This document shows positions 1 through 11,500 of a DNA stretch of 64,000 bases, one piece after another. Under the pieces are notes generated by a model that ran no database searches, was not told where the DNA came from, and saw nothing but the letters and a program-made list of their open reading frames with translations. The stretch is from Phoronis australis (lineage: Eukaryota; Animalia; Phoronida): contig NMRA01000215.1 of the NCBI GenBank assembly GCA_002633005.1, positions 412,852 to 476,851 on the forward strand. The letters run 5' to 3'. The translations under genes and the position numbers were made by a program. Every line of letters begins with the position of its first letter. Position 1 is the stretch's first letter.

Positions 1-231
1 GACCACGACATCTGCTTAAAGACAAGTTCATCCGCAACAGTGTGTCTTTTAGAAGTGACGTAATTGTTTGGGCATCCATCAATTCCAAGCGGCGAAATCC
101 GATGAAATCTTCATGGGGTTGTAATGATTCGTCTACCCATCGGATACAAACGACGAGTTGTTCGCTATTAGACACGTCAGTAGTTTCGTCTGCCAGTATA
201 CTAAAATAAGGACTGCCGCGAATGCACGACG
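1..231 (-). mobile_element. hAT-family transposase fragment (ZMYM1/Blackjack/Tip100-like)
   Basis: Manual translation of the minus strand gives SCIRGSPYFSILADETTDVSNSEQLVVCIRWVDESLQPHEDFIGF...LKDTLLRMNLSLSRCRG, the typical first-catalytic-Asp region of hAT transposases. Cut by an N at 232 and runs off the left edge. Confidence 0.85.
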
Positions 232-232
232 N

Positions 233-1140
233 GCGAAAGCTCTCCCATATTGGAGATTGCGTACGTTTGGGGGTGGTCCTCTTCATACAATGCATTGGCC
301 TTCTTTGTAGATGCGTCACTCCAGCATTTAACCGCAAAATGGTTATATTTTCTGCATTTATTGCATTGCTTTCCTTTTGCTGGACATTTTCACCCTGCCT
401 GAGTCCACAGCTTTGACACTCATGCTGTTTGCTTGTCTGTGTCTGTTTTTTGTTCCTTTGGGTTGACTGGTGCTTCTTTCTAGTGTTGACTGCATGGACG
501 CCCGTTGTAGCCTCTCCGACCAACTTCATCTGTGCTGATGTTGATTCGGCTGCCCTGCAAATCTCATCGGTTTTTTCAACGTCAGTGAAGCTTCTCTGAG
601 TAGGGGTTCACGTACCTTGGGATCTCTAATGCCGAATACCAAACGATCTCTGACTATGTCGTCTGGCGTGATGTCAGCAAACTCGCACCTCTCGGCCAAT
701 TTTCGCAAAGCCGCCTTGTACTGCTCATACGATTCGCCTGGTTCCTGTACACGCTAATTAAAGCAGTATCTCTCAAATGGGGCGTTCTTTTTTGGTTCGC
801 TATACGCCGCAAACCTGTCCATTACAGCACCAATCTGTTCTCTTTCGGCATCAGTCATGTCGAAGGTGTAGAAAAGATCTCTTGCTTATTCTTCAATTAC
901 AGTAAGGAATGTTGCTACCTGAACATTTTCCGGCTTCTTGTTTAGTTCCGATGCCAGTGAGTAATTCGCCCAAGCATTCCGGAATTTCCTCCATCCTTCT
1001 GCCACATTGTTGGAGTGCAAATCCAAGGGGGAGGGAGGAGGTAGACCATAAGCGTGGGCCATCGTGAGTCGCAATCTGAGACACCAGGGACTTCTTAAGC
1101 ACGTCTTTAAAGTCAAGTCAGAGTAAAAACTGGAATGGAC
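233..1140 (-). repeat. 908-bp copy of the Gypsy gag region (equals 4780-5687), bounded by single Ns
   Basis: Sequence matches 4780-5687 with one substitution that I noticed (CATTTAACC vs CATTAAACC). N at 232 and at 1141. Confidence 0.95.
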
Positions 1141-1141
1141 N

Positions 1142-1320
1142 AGCTGCCTGATCCACACGTTTTTATGGTGTTTTTCTGATAACTAAGTCAGATTCTTCAA
1201 TTTCGTTATAAGTCTGAAAAAACTGTACTTCAAATCAAAATACAATGTTGCAGAAGCTTCTACGCTGAAAATGTTTGGGGGGCACGGGCCCTCCCGGCCC
1301 CCCCGCTTCCTACGGCCCTG
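1142..1320 (-). mobile_element. Probable 5' terminus of the hAT element
   Basis: Minus strand begins CAGGGCCGTAGGAAGCGGGGGGGCCGG at 1320, a hAT-type terminus oriented towards the transposase fragment. Confidence 0.6.
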
Positions 1321-1408
1321 GGTAACAGGAGTGATTTTTGCAGCGTGCGGTCCTGAGCATGATAAATATCTGGGAGCAAAATAGTCCTAATCAATATATA
1401 GTAAAATG

Positions 1409-1585
1409 TGTAACGAATTGCTGTTAACTCGTAGATTTTAACTAATAAAACATCACTTTATTATATCATGACCTCATGGTCTGAGACAGGAAGTTGATGA
1501 CAACAGGAAGTAGCTCTGACTAAACTATCATTACGACTAAAGTCCAATAATCCGAATAAAACGTGTAATCGAACATCACGTCACA
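1409..1585 (-). repeat. 3' LTR (177 bp)
   Basis: TGTAACG...CGTCACA; matches 5806-5982 with a single mismatch (GTTGATG vs GTTCATG). Confidence 0.97.
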
Positions 1586-1596
1586 TCCTTCCCTTT
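1586..1596 (-). other. Polypurine tract
   Basis: Minus strand AAAGGGAAGGA immediately before the 3' LTR. Confidence 0.9.
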
Positions 1597-1635
1597 CTGA
1601 ACTTAAAGCTTATCTAAAGTCTCTGAACTAGAAAA

Positions 1636-4600
1636 CTATGAACTAAGAACAAAGTCCGCAAATCGCTGTGGTGTACGTCTCGCGCGAGTCGATCGTCGTG
1701 GTTGGACTCCTTCTGGACGAGCTCTAGGAATATCCTCTTCTGGAGTTATTGGTGGTGACTCGGGTGTTGTTGACTCATGTGGTGACTCGGGTGTTGTGTG
1801 GTCATCAGCCACCTTGGGCTCTTCTGTTTTCAACAGATCTCACCGATTCCTCCTATAGACTGTTGGTCCCACTTGGATGTCGTAACTACGTGGACCGAAC
1901 TGGTTGCGGCAGATTCCGGGGGTATATGTCTTGTTCTCACCCGGCACCTTCAGACGCACAGCATCACCAAGCTCAATTATGGGTAGATCCTTTGCGCCTT
2001 TATTGTAGTAGAAACGCTGTCGCTCCTTGCGTCCTTTTAGATCTCGAATGTCACCTTCCTTGGTGTGTCGTGGCTCCAGTAGGCGATCTGTCATCGGTAA
2101 TAAGGTGCGACATCTTCGTCCCATGAGACGTTCAGCGGGGCTCGTGGACATACCTTCAGTTGGTGTGTTTCGCCAGTCAAGCAAAGCTTGAAATTCTGAG
2201 GTTTTGTCCGACTGACATTTCTTGAACAACCGCTTCACCGTCTTTACCGCATTTTCTGCCTTGCCATTGGATTGCGCATAACGAGGAGATGAAGTGTTAT
2301 GCACGAAATTCCATTTTGCTGCAAACACTAAAAATTCTGCTGCACTGAACTGAGGCCCATTGTCGCTAAAGACCTCCTGTGGAACACCATGTACAGCGAA
2401 AATTCTCATCATCTCTTTGATGACAGCTCTGGACGTCGTTGAAGATAAATTGGCGACTTCTATATAATTGCTGTAGAAATCCACCAACACAAGTAAAGTT
2501 CTCCCATTGAACTCACACAAGTCAGCCGCAATCTTTGTCAATGGTAATGTTATCACTGGATGTGTCATCAGAGTCTCCCTTGGTTGATTTGACCGATATG
2601 ACAGACATGTGTTGCATTGTGTGATGAATTCTCTGATGTCACCTGCCATGCCTGGCCAGTACATGGACTCTCTAGCCCGTCGAATAGACCCCTCTATTCC
2701 AATGTGAGTTGAGTGCAGTTTTGACAACATTTGCCTCCTCATACTCCTGGGAATGATCACCTGGCATCCTTTAAACACCAAGGGTCCTTCGCACACCAGT
2801 TGGTCGCGCATGCCAAAGTAATGACGTAGAACCTGCGAAACTGCGCTGCGTGTGCCTGACCAGCCAGCATGAACCATCTTGTTCAGCTCCGAAAGAGCTG
2901 GGTCTTCGGCTGACTCTGCTGCCAATTGTCTCCAAAGGTCAGTTGTCAAAGCATCCGATTCTTCTACATGGTTGACACTCACTACCTCTTTCACCTCACA
3001 GGTATCTTTCAGATATGCTCTACTTAAGAGTATCCGCTAAGAAAAGGCTCTCTCCTTTTACGTACGTAATGGTTAATGCGTATTTCTGTAGCCTTAGGAA
3101 CATGCGCTGTAGCCTTTTCGGTGACTGATACAAGGGCTTCTTCGCAATCATTTCCAAGGGTTTGTGATCTGTGTTGACAGTCACCTGATCCCTACCATAG
3201 ATGTATGTGTTGAACCGCTCACAGCCAAAGACAATGGCCAATAGCTCTTTCTCGATTTGAGCATAGTTTTGCTCTGCTGAAGTAAGTGCTCGAGATGCGT
3301 AGGCCACAGGTTGTCCATTCTGTAACAACTCTGCGCCAAGTCCGGACTGGGATGCATCGCACTGTATCGTCAGCTCTTCATCCAGGTTGTAGTATCGCAA
3401 AACGGGAGTACTTGCGATGGCCTGCTTGAGTTTATCGAATGCCTGCACCTGTTGCACATCCCATGACCAAGGAACTTCCTTTCTTGTAAGCGCTCTCAAA
3501 GGTTCCACAATACTGGAGAGGTTGGGCAAAAACTTACCCAAGTATTGTGCCATGCCTAAGAGTCTCTGGACGCCCTTGACGTCTTCTGGAGACGGCATGT
3601 CCAAAACAGCTTGGAGTTTACTTAGGTCGGCCTGAATACCTTTATCTGAGGCTATGTGACCGATGAATTCCACAGAGGATTGCCTAAACTTGAATTTCTT
3701 ACGGTTCAGTACAACATGCTTGTCCTTGCATCGTTGTAAAAATGTAGAGAGATTGTTGTCATGATCACGTACAGCTTCTTCTTTAGTGTCCCCAAAACTG
3801 ACTACCAAGAAGTCGTCCGCCTGAGCCTCAACGCCACGTAAACCTTGTATAAGCTCGTGTGTTTTCCTCCGAAATACTTCAGGTGCCGACTTTATTCCAA
3901 AAGGGAGACGAAGCCATCTAAATCTCCCAAAGGGTGTGTGAAAGGTTGTCAACCGGGATGATTCTTCACTTAAAGGTACATGCCAAAAACCTTTGTTCAC
4001 GTCCAGCACGGAAAATACTTTTGCGTTGTGCAATCTGGTAGCGATGTATTACACTGTTGGCATCTCGTAGTGCTCTCGAAGAATGGCCTCATTCAGGTGT
4101 TTGGGGTCCAAACATATGCGCAGGTCATTGTCTTTTTTACGGACAACAACCATAGAGTCGATCCACTCCGTGGGCTCTGCAATCGGGGCAATGATCCCAT
4201 CCTTGCCAAGAACTTCCAGCTTCGCTTTCAAGGGTTCCCTGAGGGGCACAGGTACCCTGCGTGGTGCATGTTGTACAGCTGGCACACTGTCATCCAGTCT
4301 GCTGCATTGCTCCCCTTCAAGCTTTCCCACCTTGTCACTGAATACATCTGGGAATGCTTTTACAAAATCTTCTTTTGAAACTGGTTTTGATGCCGTCGCC
4401 ATGGTAATCTTGAATATCTTGGCATCCTTAGGGTAGGGTCGTCTCATATCGTCGTTGTCTGTGTATTTGAGTACTTTCAAACCAACGCACGCCTTCTCCT
4501 CTAGCAGGGGTCTTCCATTTGGATTGTCCACCACTAGACATCTGATGTTGCATCTTCTATCAAATCTCGAAACACCGAGAATCACTCGACCCATTGTCGG

Positions 4601-5663
4601 AAGTTTGCTTCCTCCATAGGCTTCTATGCACGATGCCACTGACTCCAGTTTGCCCAGTGTATGGTCACCCGCAGCTTCTTTGTAGATGTGGACTGGGATA
4701 ACCGATGTGTCAGCTCCACTGTCAATCTGAAACTGCACAAAATTTCCGTTTTCAAGACAAAGTGTTATTATCTGTCGAGGCGAAAGCTCTCCCATATTGG
4801 AGATTGCGTACGTTTGGGGGTGGTCCTCTTCATACAATGCATTGGCCTTCTTTGTAGATGCGTCACTCCAGCATTAAACCGCAAAATGGTTATATTTTCT
4901 GCATTTATTGCATTGCTTTCCTTTTGCTGGACATTTTCACCCTGCCTGAGTCCACAGCTTTGACACTCATGCTGTTTGCTTGTCTGTGTCTGTTTTTTGT
5001 TCCTTTGGGTTGACTGGTGCTTCTTTCTAGTGTTGACTGCATGGACGCCCGTTGTAGCCTCTCCGACCAACTTCATCTGTGCTGATGTTGATTCGGCTGC
5101 CCTGCAAATCTCATCGGTTTTTTCAACGTCAGTGAAGCTTCTCTGAGTAGGGGTTCACGTACCTTGGGATCTCTAATGCCGAATACCAAACGATCTCTGA
5201 CTATGTCGTCTGGCGTGATGTCAGCAAACTCGCACCTCTCGGCCAATTTTCGCAAAGCCGCCTTGTACTGCTCATACGATTCGCCTGGTTCCTGTACACG
5301 CTAATTAAAGCAGTATCTCTCAAATGGGGCGTTCTTTTTTGGTTCGCTATACGCCGCAAACCTGTCCATTACAGCACCAATCTGTTCTCTTTCGGCATCA
5401 GTCATGTCGAAGGTGTAGAAAAGATCTCTTGCTTATTCTTCAATTACAGTAAGGAATGTTGCTACCTGAACATTTTCCGGCTTCTTGTTTAGTTCCGATG
5501 CCAGTGAGTAATTCGCCCAAGCATTCCGGAATTTCCTCCATCCTTCTGCCACATTGTTGGAGTGCAAATCCAAGGGGGAGGGAGGAGGTAGACCATAAGC
5601 GTGGGCCATCGTGAGTCGCAATCTGAGACACCAGGGACTTCTTAAGCACGTCTTTAAAGTCAA
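1636..5663 (-). pseudogene. gag-pol of the Gypsy element, broken into several ORFs
   Basis: gag (VRDRLVFGIRD), protease QIDSGAD (4049-4837), RT LDVNKGFW / LPFGIKSAPE / QADD and RNase H QCDASQSGLGA (3020-4033), integrase HHCC and SDNGPQF...NGKAE (1840-2994). In-frame stops near 5433 and 4049 and frameshifts near 5120, 3020 and 1840. Confidence 0.95.
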
Positions 5664-5791
5664 GTCAGAGTAAAAACTGGAATGGACTCACCAGATCAGG
5701 CTCACTAGTTTAGGGATTAATGAGCAAAACCACAATGCTTTTTCATGAATTTGGTCTGCTCGGCTCTTCAGTGGTTCATCAGGGTCCTGTT

Positions 5792-5805
5792 CACCGCTGC
5801 CACCA
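5792..5805 (-). other. Primer-binding site complementary to the 3' end of tRNA-Leu
   Basis: Minus strand TGGTGGCAGCGGTG directly after the 5' LTR; matches the CACCGCTGCCA-CCA end of metazoan tRNA-Leu(AAG/TAG). Confidence 0.88.
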
Positions 5806-5982
5806 TGTAACGAATTGCTGTTAACTCGTAGATTTTAACTAATAAAACATCACTTTATTATATCATGACCTCATGGTCTGAGACAGGAAGTTCATGACAA
5901 CAGGAAGTAGCTCTGACTAAACTATCATTACGACTAAAGTCCAATAATCCGAATAAAACGTGTAATCGAACATCACGTCACA
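5806..5982 (-). repeat. 5' LTR (177 bp)
   Basis: Near-identical to 1409-1585; adjacent to the PBS and followed by TSD AAATG. Confidence 0.97.
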
Positions 5983-8900
5983 AAATGTTCATCTATATGT
6001 CCATGTCCAGTGTTTTTTGCGGCATTTCATGAATGTGATCTAGCAGTCTTGTAACGTAAAGCAATCAACACAATGCTATTCTTCACGAAACTAGAAAAAG
6101 CCGGGGTTCATCGGCATTGATTCAAAACTGGCACCAATTTTGACTGAACATTATTCGTGGACTTGTTAAACCACCTATTCCGTACAAATGCACTCATTTC
6201 ACACGACTTTACTGCATATCCAATGTTTTTCAACGTCGTCGTTTTACAACAGGTGCAACTTGTATCCGAACAGGAGGGCTCTCTTTTATGTACGTGCCAC
6301 GCGCACGCAGGGATGACTTGGGGGTCCGAATCAGATTAAATTTTCACAATTCAGACTCGAATTCAATATTTCCGTCTTATCAAAATCTTTTTCATGTTAG
6401 TTTAGACTAGGTCCGCTCTAAAACAAAATGAAAAAAGGGACGGAACATAGCAAGCGCAGAATACAAAACAGAGAATCGGTAGTTAACTGTACGATAACCA
6501 CCTTCTTGTTAGAGAGGAGTGGAAAACATTTGTTGGAAACAGCGACGGTGTTTTTGTCCGATCATCTTTTTTCTGGAAACACATGAGTGTTTATCTTGTT
6601 TGGCACTGCACCTTTTTTTAAAATCTTAATTTTTCGGCACTGGAAATATGTTGCCTTCACCTGCGAGGTTGACCTGGATCTAACACTTTAAGTCGTAAAT
6701 AAGAAGCCTCAAGGTCCAGACACGCGGCTCTATGTTACTGTTGCACGTAACCTTATTGGATCTGTTTGTGCAGGTATATTTGCTGATATACCTAATGCTT
6801 CATCATCGTGTATTATGCTATTAGTTTAGCTTGCGAATTCATCTAAAGTTTCAAGTAAAGGTGGATTCGAGTCTAGTCATTGATCTACGTCGATCGACGG
6901 ATGTACGTCACTGACGTTTCTTCAGGTAAACCCGCTGTCACCATACTTCGCATACTTCACCAACGTGCAATTAACTGTCAAGATCTCTAATGCTTGGCGC
7001 CTTTACAGTTTCAAACCGCGCTGCCGGAGATATTAGGTATACACTTAACCACCTATCTAAAATCGAAGAGGTGTCAGTTGCTATACTCAGAAAGACCCCG
7101 GCTGCCCTGACTTCAAACAAGTATTACACGTATTAAATTTATGTTAGCAATTTATTTGGATCAAATAATATCAAAACAAAAACATTTTAAGAACACTAAA
7201 AGAGGCAGTGAATGCTCTTACTGTCCACGTACACTAAACTGACATCCCATATTTAGAAATAACCTACGCAAAAGGCGTGACATCTTTCTAATAACCAACA
7301 ATAAAAAATGAAATGACCTTAATCAGTTGAAACCGATGTAAAATGCAACCGCGCCATGGAAATGATCAGAATGCTGCATTGTGGGTATAGGCTCAAGACC
7401 AGAGATCCGATGTGGGTGAACTCGTTGGTCGAGTTTGAAACGGGTGTATAGGGTTCCCATGGCTACAACAAGTGAGTAATTTTCTAGGTCCAAGCACACT
7501 TCTTTTTAGTGAAGATCTGGCAACCCCCCGGCAGGCATCGTCTCGCAAAGTCACATGACCCAGGCACGCACCGCCGCCTCTGCCGAGCCTCACTACCACC
7601 TCTCCTCAAAAGTGGCACCATCTACCTCTAAAAGCCATCCTCGCGGAACTCACCAATCCCGGGACTCACCACTTGCAACCTCTAAAAGTCTTGAGCATCA
7701 CACGGATGGCCTCCGTGAAAAAACTAGGTTTTAAACGTGAAAAGTAAATATGACCAAATTGCGGCGATGGATAAAAGTTTTCGAAAGTTTGATCACGTTT
7801 TGTCGCATCTCGGTTGCCGAGAATCATGAATGGGTATATTGCACGATATAGGGGAAAGTGAAAACACGCATTTTAAAATGTGTCGATTATTGTCGATATA
7901 ATTGACACTTTTCGTTTCGCTAAGGAAACCTGCCGAAACTTCCTGGTTGTCACCCTACGATCACCGACTTGACAGGCGACGTGACAACGGGTGCGCAAAC
8001 TTCCCGCCAGTCGGTCCTCCGCCAATCTGGGTGTAGTGGATACGTGACTATGCCGCAAGAACGGAGGCCGCAGGGCAGCCGATCTGGCTACATGTGGACT
8101 GCTGCGTTTCAGATGCCATCCAAGAACACGACTAGTCGGCATCGCAACCGCTACCCAGACCGTGTCGCGGCCACAGGTGAACAATGAGGACGGCTCGGGT
8201 CGCCGTGAGTCACTGAGGCTTGGCGATAGGAACCCCGACGACTGAACTGGGTCAGTGGACCATCAAGACTTGGAGTATGCTCCTTGACTAAAATCGACTT
8301 CGCCGCGCGGGTTGTACCTTTCAGAAAGCGACACAAATGGTCAATAAACGACACATTTCTGGGACTTAAAATTTTAATGCAACGTTTCAGAAAATGACAA
8401 AAATGCCCAATTAACGACGCATTTTTACGCACACGCAAGGACATCTGCTGAGTGACTACAGCGCAGACCCCGCAGGCCAACTCTGCCGTGTGGACAACCG
8501 TAACATTTGCTTGCCTTTGTTATGTTTTCAATTCTCCTTTGAGAAAGCGACTCAAATGGTCGATAAACGACACATTTGTGGGAACTTAGACATTTTCGCA
8601 GATACGGAGGGACAGATCGCGCTTCGGCCCCGGCCAGAGCAGACCCTGCAGGCCGACTCTACGGCGTGGACAGCCGTAACGTTTGCTTGCCTTTGTTATA
8701 TTTTCAATGCTCCTATGAGAAAGCGGCACAAATGGCCAGTAATCGACACATTTCTGGATACTTAAGTTTTTTCAACGTTTCTAAAAGCGACACAAATGCC
8801 ACGTAAACGACACATTTCTGGAGACTTATTTTTTTCATTGCAACGTTTCTGAAAGCGACACAAATGGCCAATAAGCGACACATTTTTGGAAACTTTGAAA

Positions 8901-9181
8901 AATTTTCAATGCATCCTTTCTGAAAGCGACACAAATGACCAATTTCTGAGGACAGAAATTTTTCGCACGTATGCAGGGACAGATCTGCAGGGGATTCTAG
9001 GGCTTCGCTCCCGCCAGCGCAGAGCTCGCACTAGCAGGCCGACTTGACTACTGTGGACCACGGCAGTTCGCTGACCACAGAGCCGGCGGCGACTCCAGCC
9101 AATCGCACGAGACCTCAATGGCAGACAACCCGCTACGTTTGCTCACCTTTGTTATATTTTTCAATTCAACGTTTCTGAAAG

Positions 9182-9336
9182 CAGGGGCGGATCCAGGATT
9201 TTGAGTGGGGGGGCAGGGCAGCATATTAGCCAGGATTGTGCCCGTGAGACATTCGCACCTCCAAACTACCTAATGGAATCTGGGAAAATTTTAGAGGGGC
9301 CACGGCCCCCTTGGCCCCCATCTAAATCCTCAACTA
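9182..9336. mobile_element. MITE (hAT-like ends, 5-bp TSD GAAAG)
   Basis: CAGGGGCGGATCCAGG...AAATCCTCAACTA with GAAAG on both sides; removing it restores the host repeat motif. Confidence 0.75.
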
Positions 9337-9627
9337 GAAAGCTACACAAATGACCAAGAAACGACTCATTTCTGCCGAAATTTTCAGAGACTTGGAAATT
9401 TTCGCCCATACTCAGGGCAAGATCTGGAGGGGCCATTGGGGACTGCACAGCTCTTCGCCTAGGCCAGCGCAAAGCCCGCGGCTCGACTTGACGGGCGCGA
9501 CGTTTCACCGAGCGCAGAGCCGGCGGCGACCCCGGCAAAGCGCGGGAGACCTGTCATTGGCTCTCAGACCCCGCTATGTTTGTTTTTTGTTATATTTCCA
9601 AGACTCCTTTGAGAAAGCGACACAAAT

Positions 9628-9783
9628 CAGGAGCAGCTCCAGGATTTTGAGTTAGGAGCGCCAGGGCAGAGTATTAGCCAGGGTTTTGCCCGTCAGACAA
9701 TCGCACCCCCGAAGTGCCAAATGGAATATGGGAGAATTTTTTGGGGGGCCATGGCCCCCTTGCCACCACTAAATCCGCCACTG
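9628..9783. mobile_element. Second copy of the same MITE (5-bp TSD CAAAT)
   Basis: CAGGAGCAGCTCCAGG...AAATCCGCCACTG with CAAAT on both sides; colinear with 9182-9336. Confidence 0.78.
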
Positions 9784-10329
9784 CAAATGGCCAATAAATG
9801 ACACATTTCTGGGGACTTACAAAGTTTTGCACGTCATACGCAGGGACAGATCTGCAGTGAGACGGCAGCGCTTCGGCCCCGCGGGCGACCTCAGACCGTC
9901 TTAACCGCGTTGACTGCCGTAACGTTTGCTTGCGTAGTTTGTAATATTCTCAAGGCATCTTTGAGAAAGCAGCACAAATGGCCAATAATTTACACATTTT
10001 TGGAGACTCTACCGCGTGGACCGCCGTAACGTTTGCAAATCTACACTGAGGGGCCATAGGGGACTGCATCGTTTCGCCCCGCCAGCGCAAACCCTGCAGG
10101 CTGCCTTGACTGCGTGGACCGCTACATCCATTTCCTTGCCTTTGCTCCTTTTAGAAAGCGAAACAAATGGCAGACAATCTACAAACGTTGCCTTCAAAAA
10201 CTTTTAAGTCCCGAAAATATGTCGTTTACCGACCATTTGTGTCGCTTTCTGAAAATGGCGATGACTGAAGTGATTGGTCACTGAAGTTGGAGAGATGAGT
10301 TGTGGGATTGAATTCAATATTTCCGTTCC

Positions 10330-11500
10330 ATAAGTGAAGATCATTCGCGCAACTGCAAGCTAATATGTTACAGTCTACGGAACGCAACCCAGTCCTTTGC
10401 TACAGCGTTCTCAGATGCTTGAAGACTGACTTTGATACAAGCCTGTGTGTCACTAACAGAGTTGGTGCTGTCATCCACGTCCAATACAGTCACTGCTGCA
10501 AGCGGAAGCTCTTCTTCGTACTTCATAGCAGTTTTCTGGTGGCAAATTGGGCTAAGAATGGAGACACATTTTTTCCAAACTGGTACACTCATCTACGTCT
10601 TGTTTCTTGTCTGGTTTCACTTCTCTCCACAAATGCCATAGGACGGTGCTGTCTTTTGGTTTATGCCCAGTCTGTAAACATATCCCAGTGAAGTCAGAAA
10701 TCAACTCATCAGGACGTCGTTGAAACATCGAAGGTACAGAGAGCGATTCGTGTTGTAGCTTTGGCCCAAAAAGCATGTCATTCAAGCATAGATCCTGATG
10801 TTTGGCAGCAAGATCAAGGACGATAGCGGTCTTCATGGTCGGTTTTTCAGGTCTTTCTCAGTCTTTATGGCAACTTGCTGTCATTTCGGAATTATTCCAT
10901 TGACTTGATTTATCCAACTTCTATAAGACTAATGCCGTTATTAGCATCCGCGTGTAATATCGATAAGTCTACAACTCGACAACTTCCTTGTCCCCAGGCT
11001 TCACAAAAGGCATCAGTGGTTCGTCTTCTCATTGTCCATGAAGACGATGATCGACACGAAGCTGCTAGTCCTGTTATTGTTGTCACACGAAGATCGTGAA
11101 GTTGTTCGTGAGTCACTGTTCTACCCTCTTAGGACAGGTGGTGTTTGGTCTAGTACAATAAAAGGGTCAATCAAATTTTGGGCACATCACAACCTTAGGG
11201 AAGTCGACTGTTCTATTGACCCATGTAAATTCTAGTTGACAACAGGTATGTCTCCTGTGACGTTGTCCATTGTAAAAGCTGACAACAGCCGCACCCACTC
11301 ATCTGTGTGCTGCAAACACTCCACGCACGTTGTTTTCAGTGTGTCTTCTTTGCCATTCAGCGTCGTGAATTCAGTCAATCGTATTTGCCTCCCAACGAAA
11401 GCTCAGCTGCGGCACTGTTATCGACTGCCGACAACGTCTAGCCGTCTAGTCAGATTTTTTATCATCTGTATATTGTTTTCTTCTTTTTATGACTGCTAGT
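10330..11500 (-). pseudogene. Highly decayed BEL/Pao retrotransposon pol fragment
   Basis: Fragments IVLDLAAKHQDLCLNDML-FGPKLQ, LWHLWR and KYEEELPLAAVTVL-DVDDSTNSV resemble Pao RT motifs (IVFDASAK..LND....GPKLQ; YMDDSMDSV). Many frameshifts; boundaries approximate. Confidence 0.7.

Larger units (their letters stand above)
1409..5982 (-). mobile_element. Full-length Ty3/Gypsy LTR retrotransposon (Mag-like), coding region disrupted
   Basis: Two TG...CA LTRs, AAATG target-site duplication (1404-1408 and 5983-5987), PBS, PPT, and gag-PR-RT-RH-IN domain order. Confidence 0.97.
8319..10254. mobile_element. Foldback-like non-autonomous element with about 70-bp terminal inverted repeats and an internal array of the terminal motif
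   Basis: 8319-8387 (TTTCAGAAAGCGACACAAATGGTCAATAAACGACACATTTCTGGGACTTAAAA) is inverted at 10183-10254. About 11 direct copies of GAAAGCGACACAAATGG..AAACGACACATTT lie between, alternating with a GC-rich subunit. Confidence 0.7.

Noticed and set aside
233-1140. A long (908-bp) LTR of the Gypsy element
   Set aside because: It is gag coding sequence bounded by Ns; the true LTRs are 1409-1585 and 5806-5982 with TSD, PBS and PPT.
1749-4963. Plus-strand ORFs overlapping the Gypsy pol
   Set aside because: Antisense shadows of the real coding frame with no independent motifs.
6890-6930. Hammerhead ribozyme on the minus strand (CTGAAGAAACGTCAG)
   Set aside because: Stem II is missing and no adjacent PLE coding sequence was recognised.
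8319-10254. CRISPR-like repeat-spacer array
   Set aside because: Repeats are degenerate and unevenly spaced, the spacers are homologous to each other, there are no cas genes, and the context is eukaryotic.
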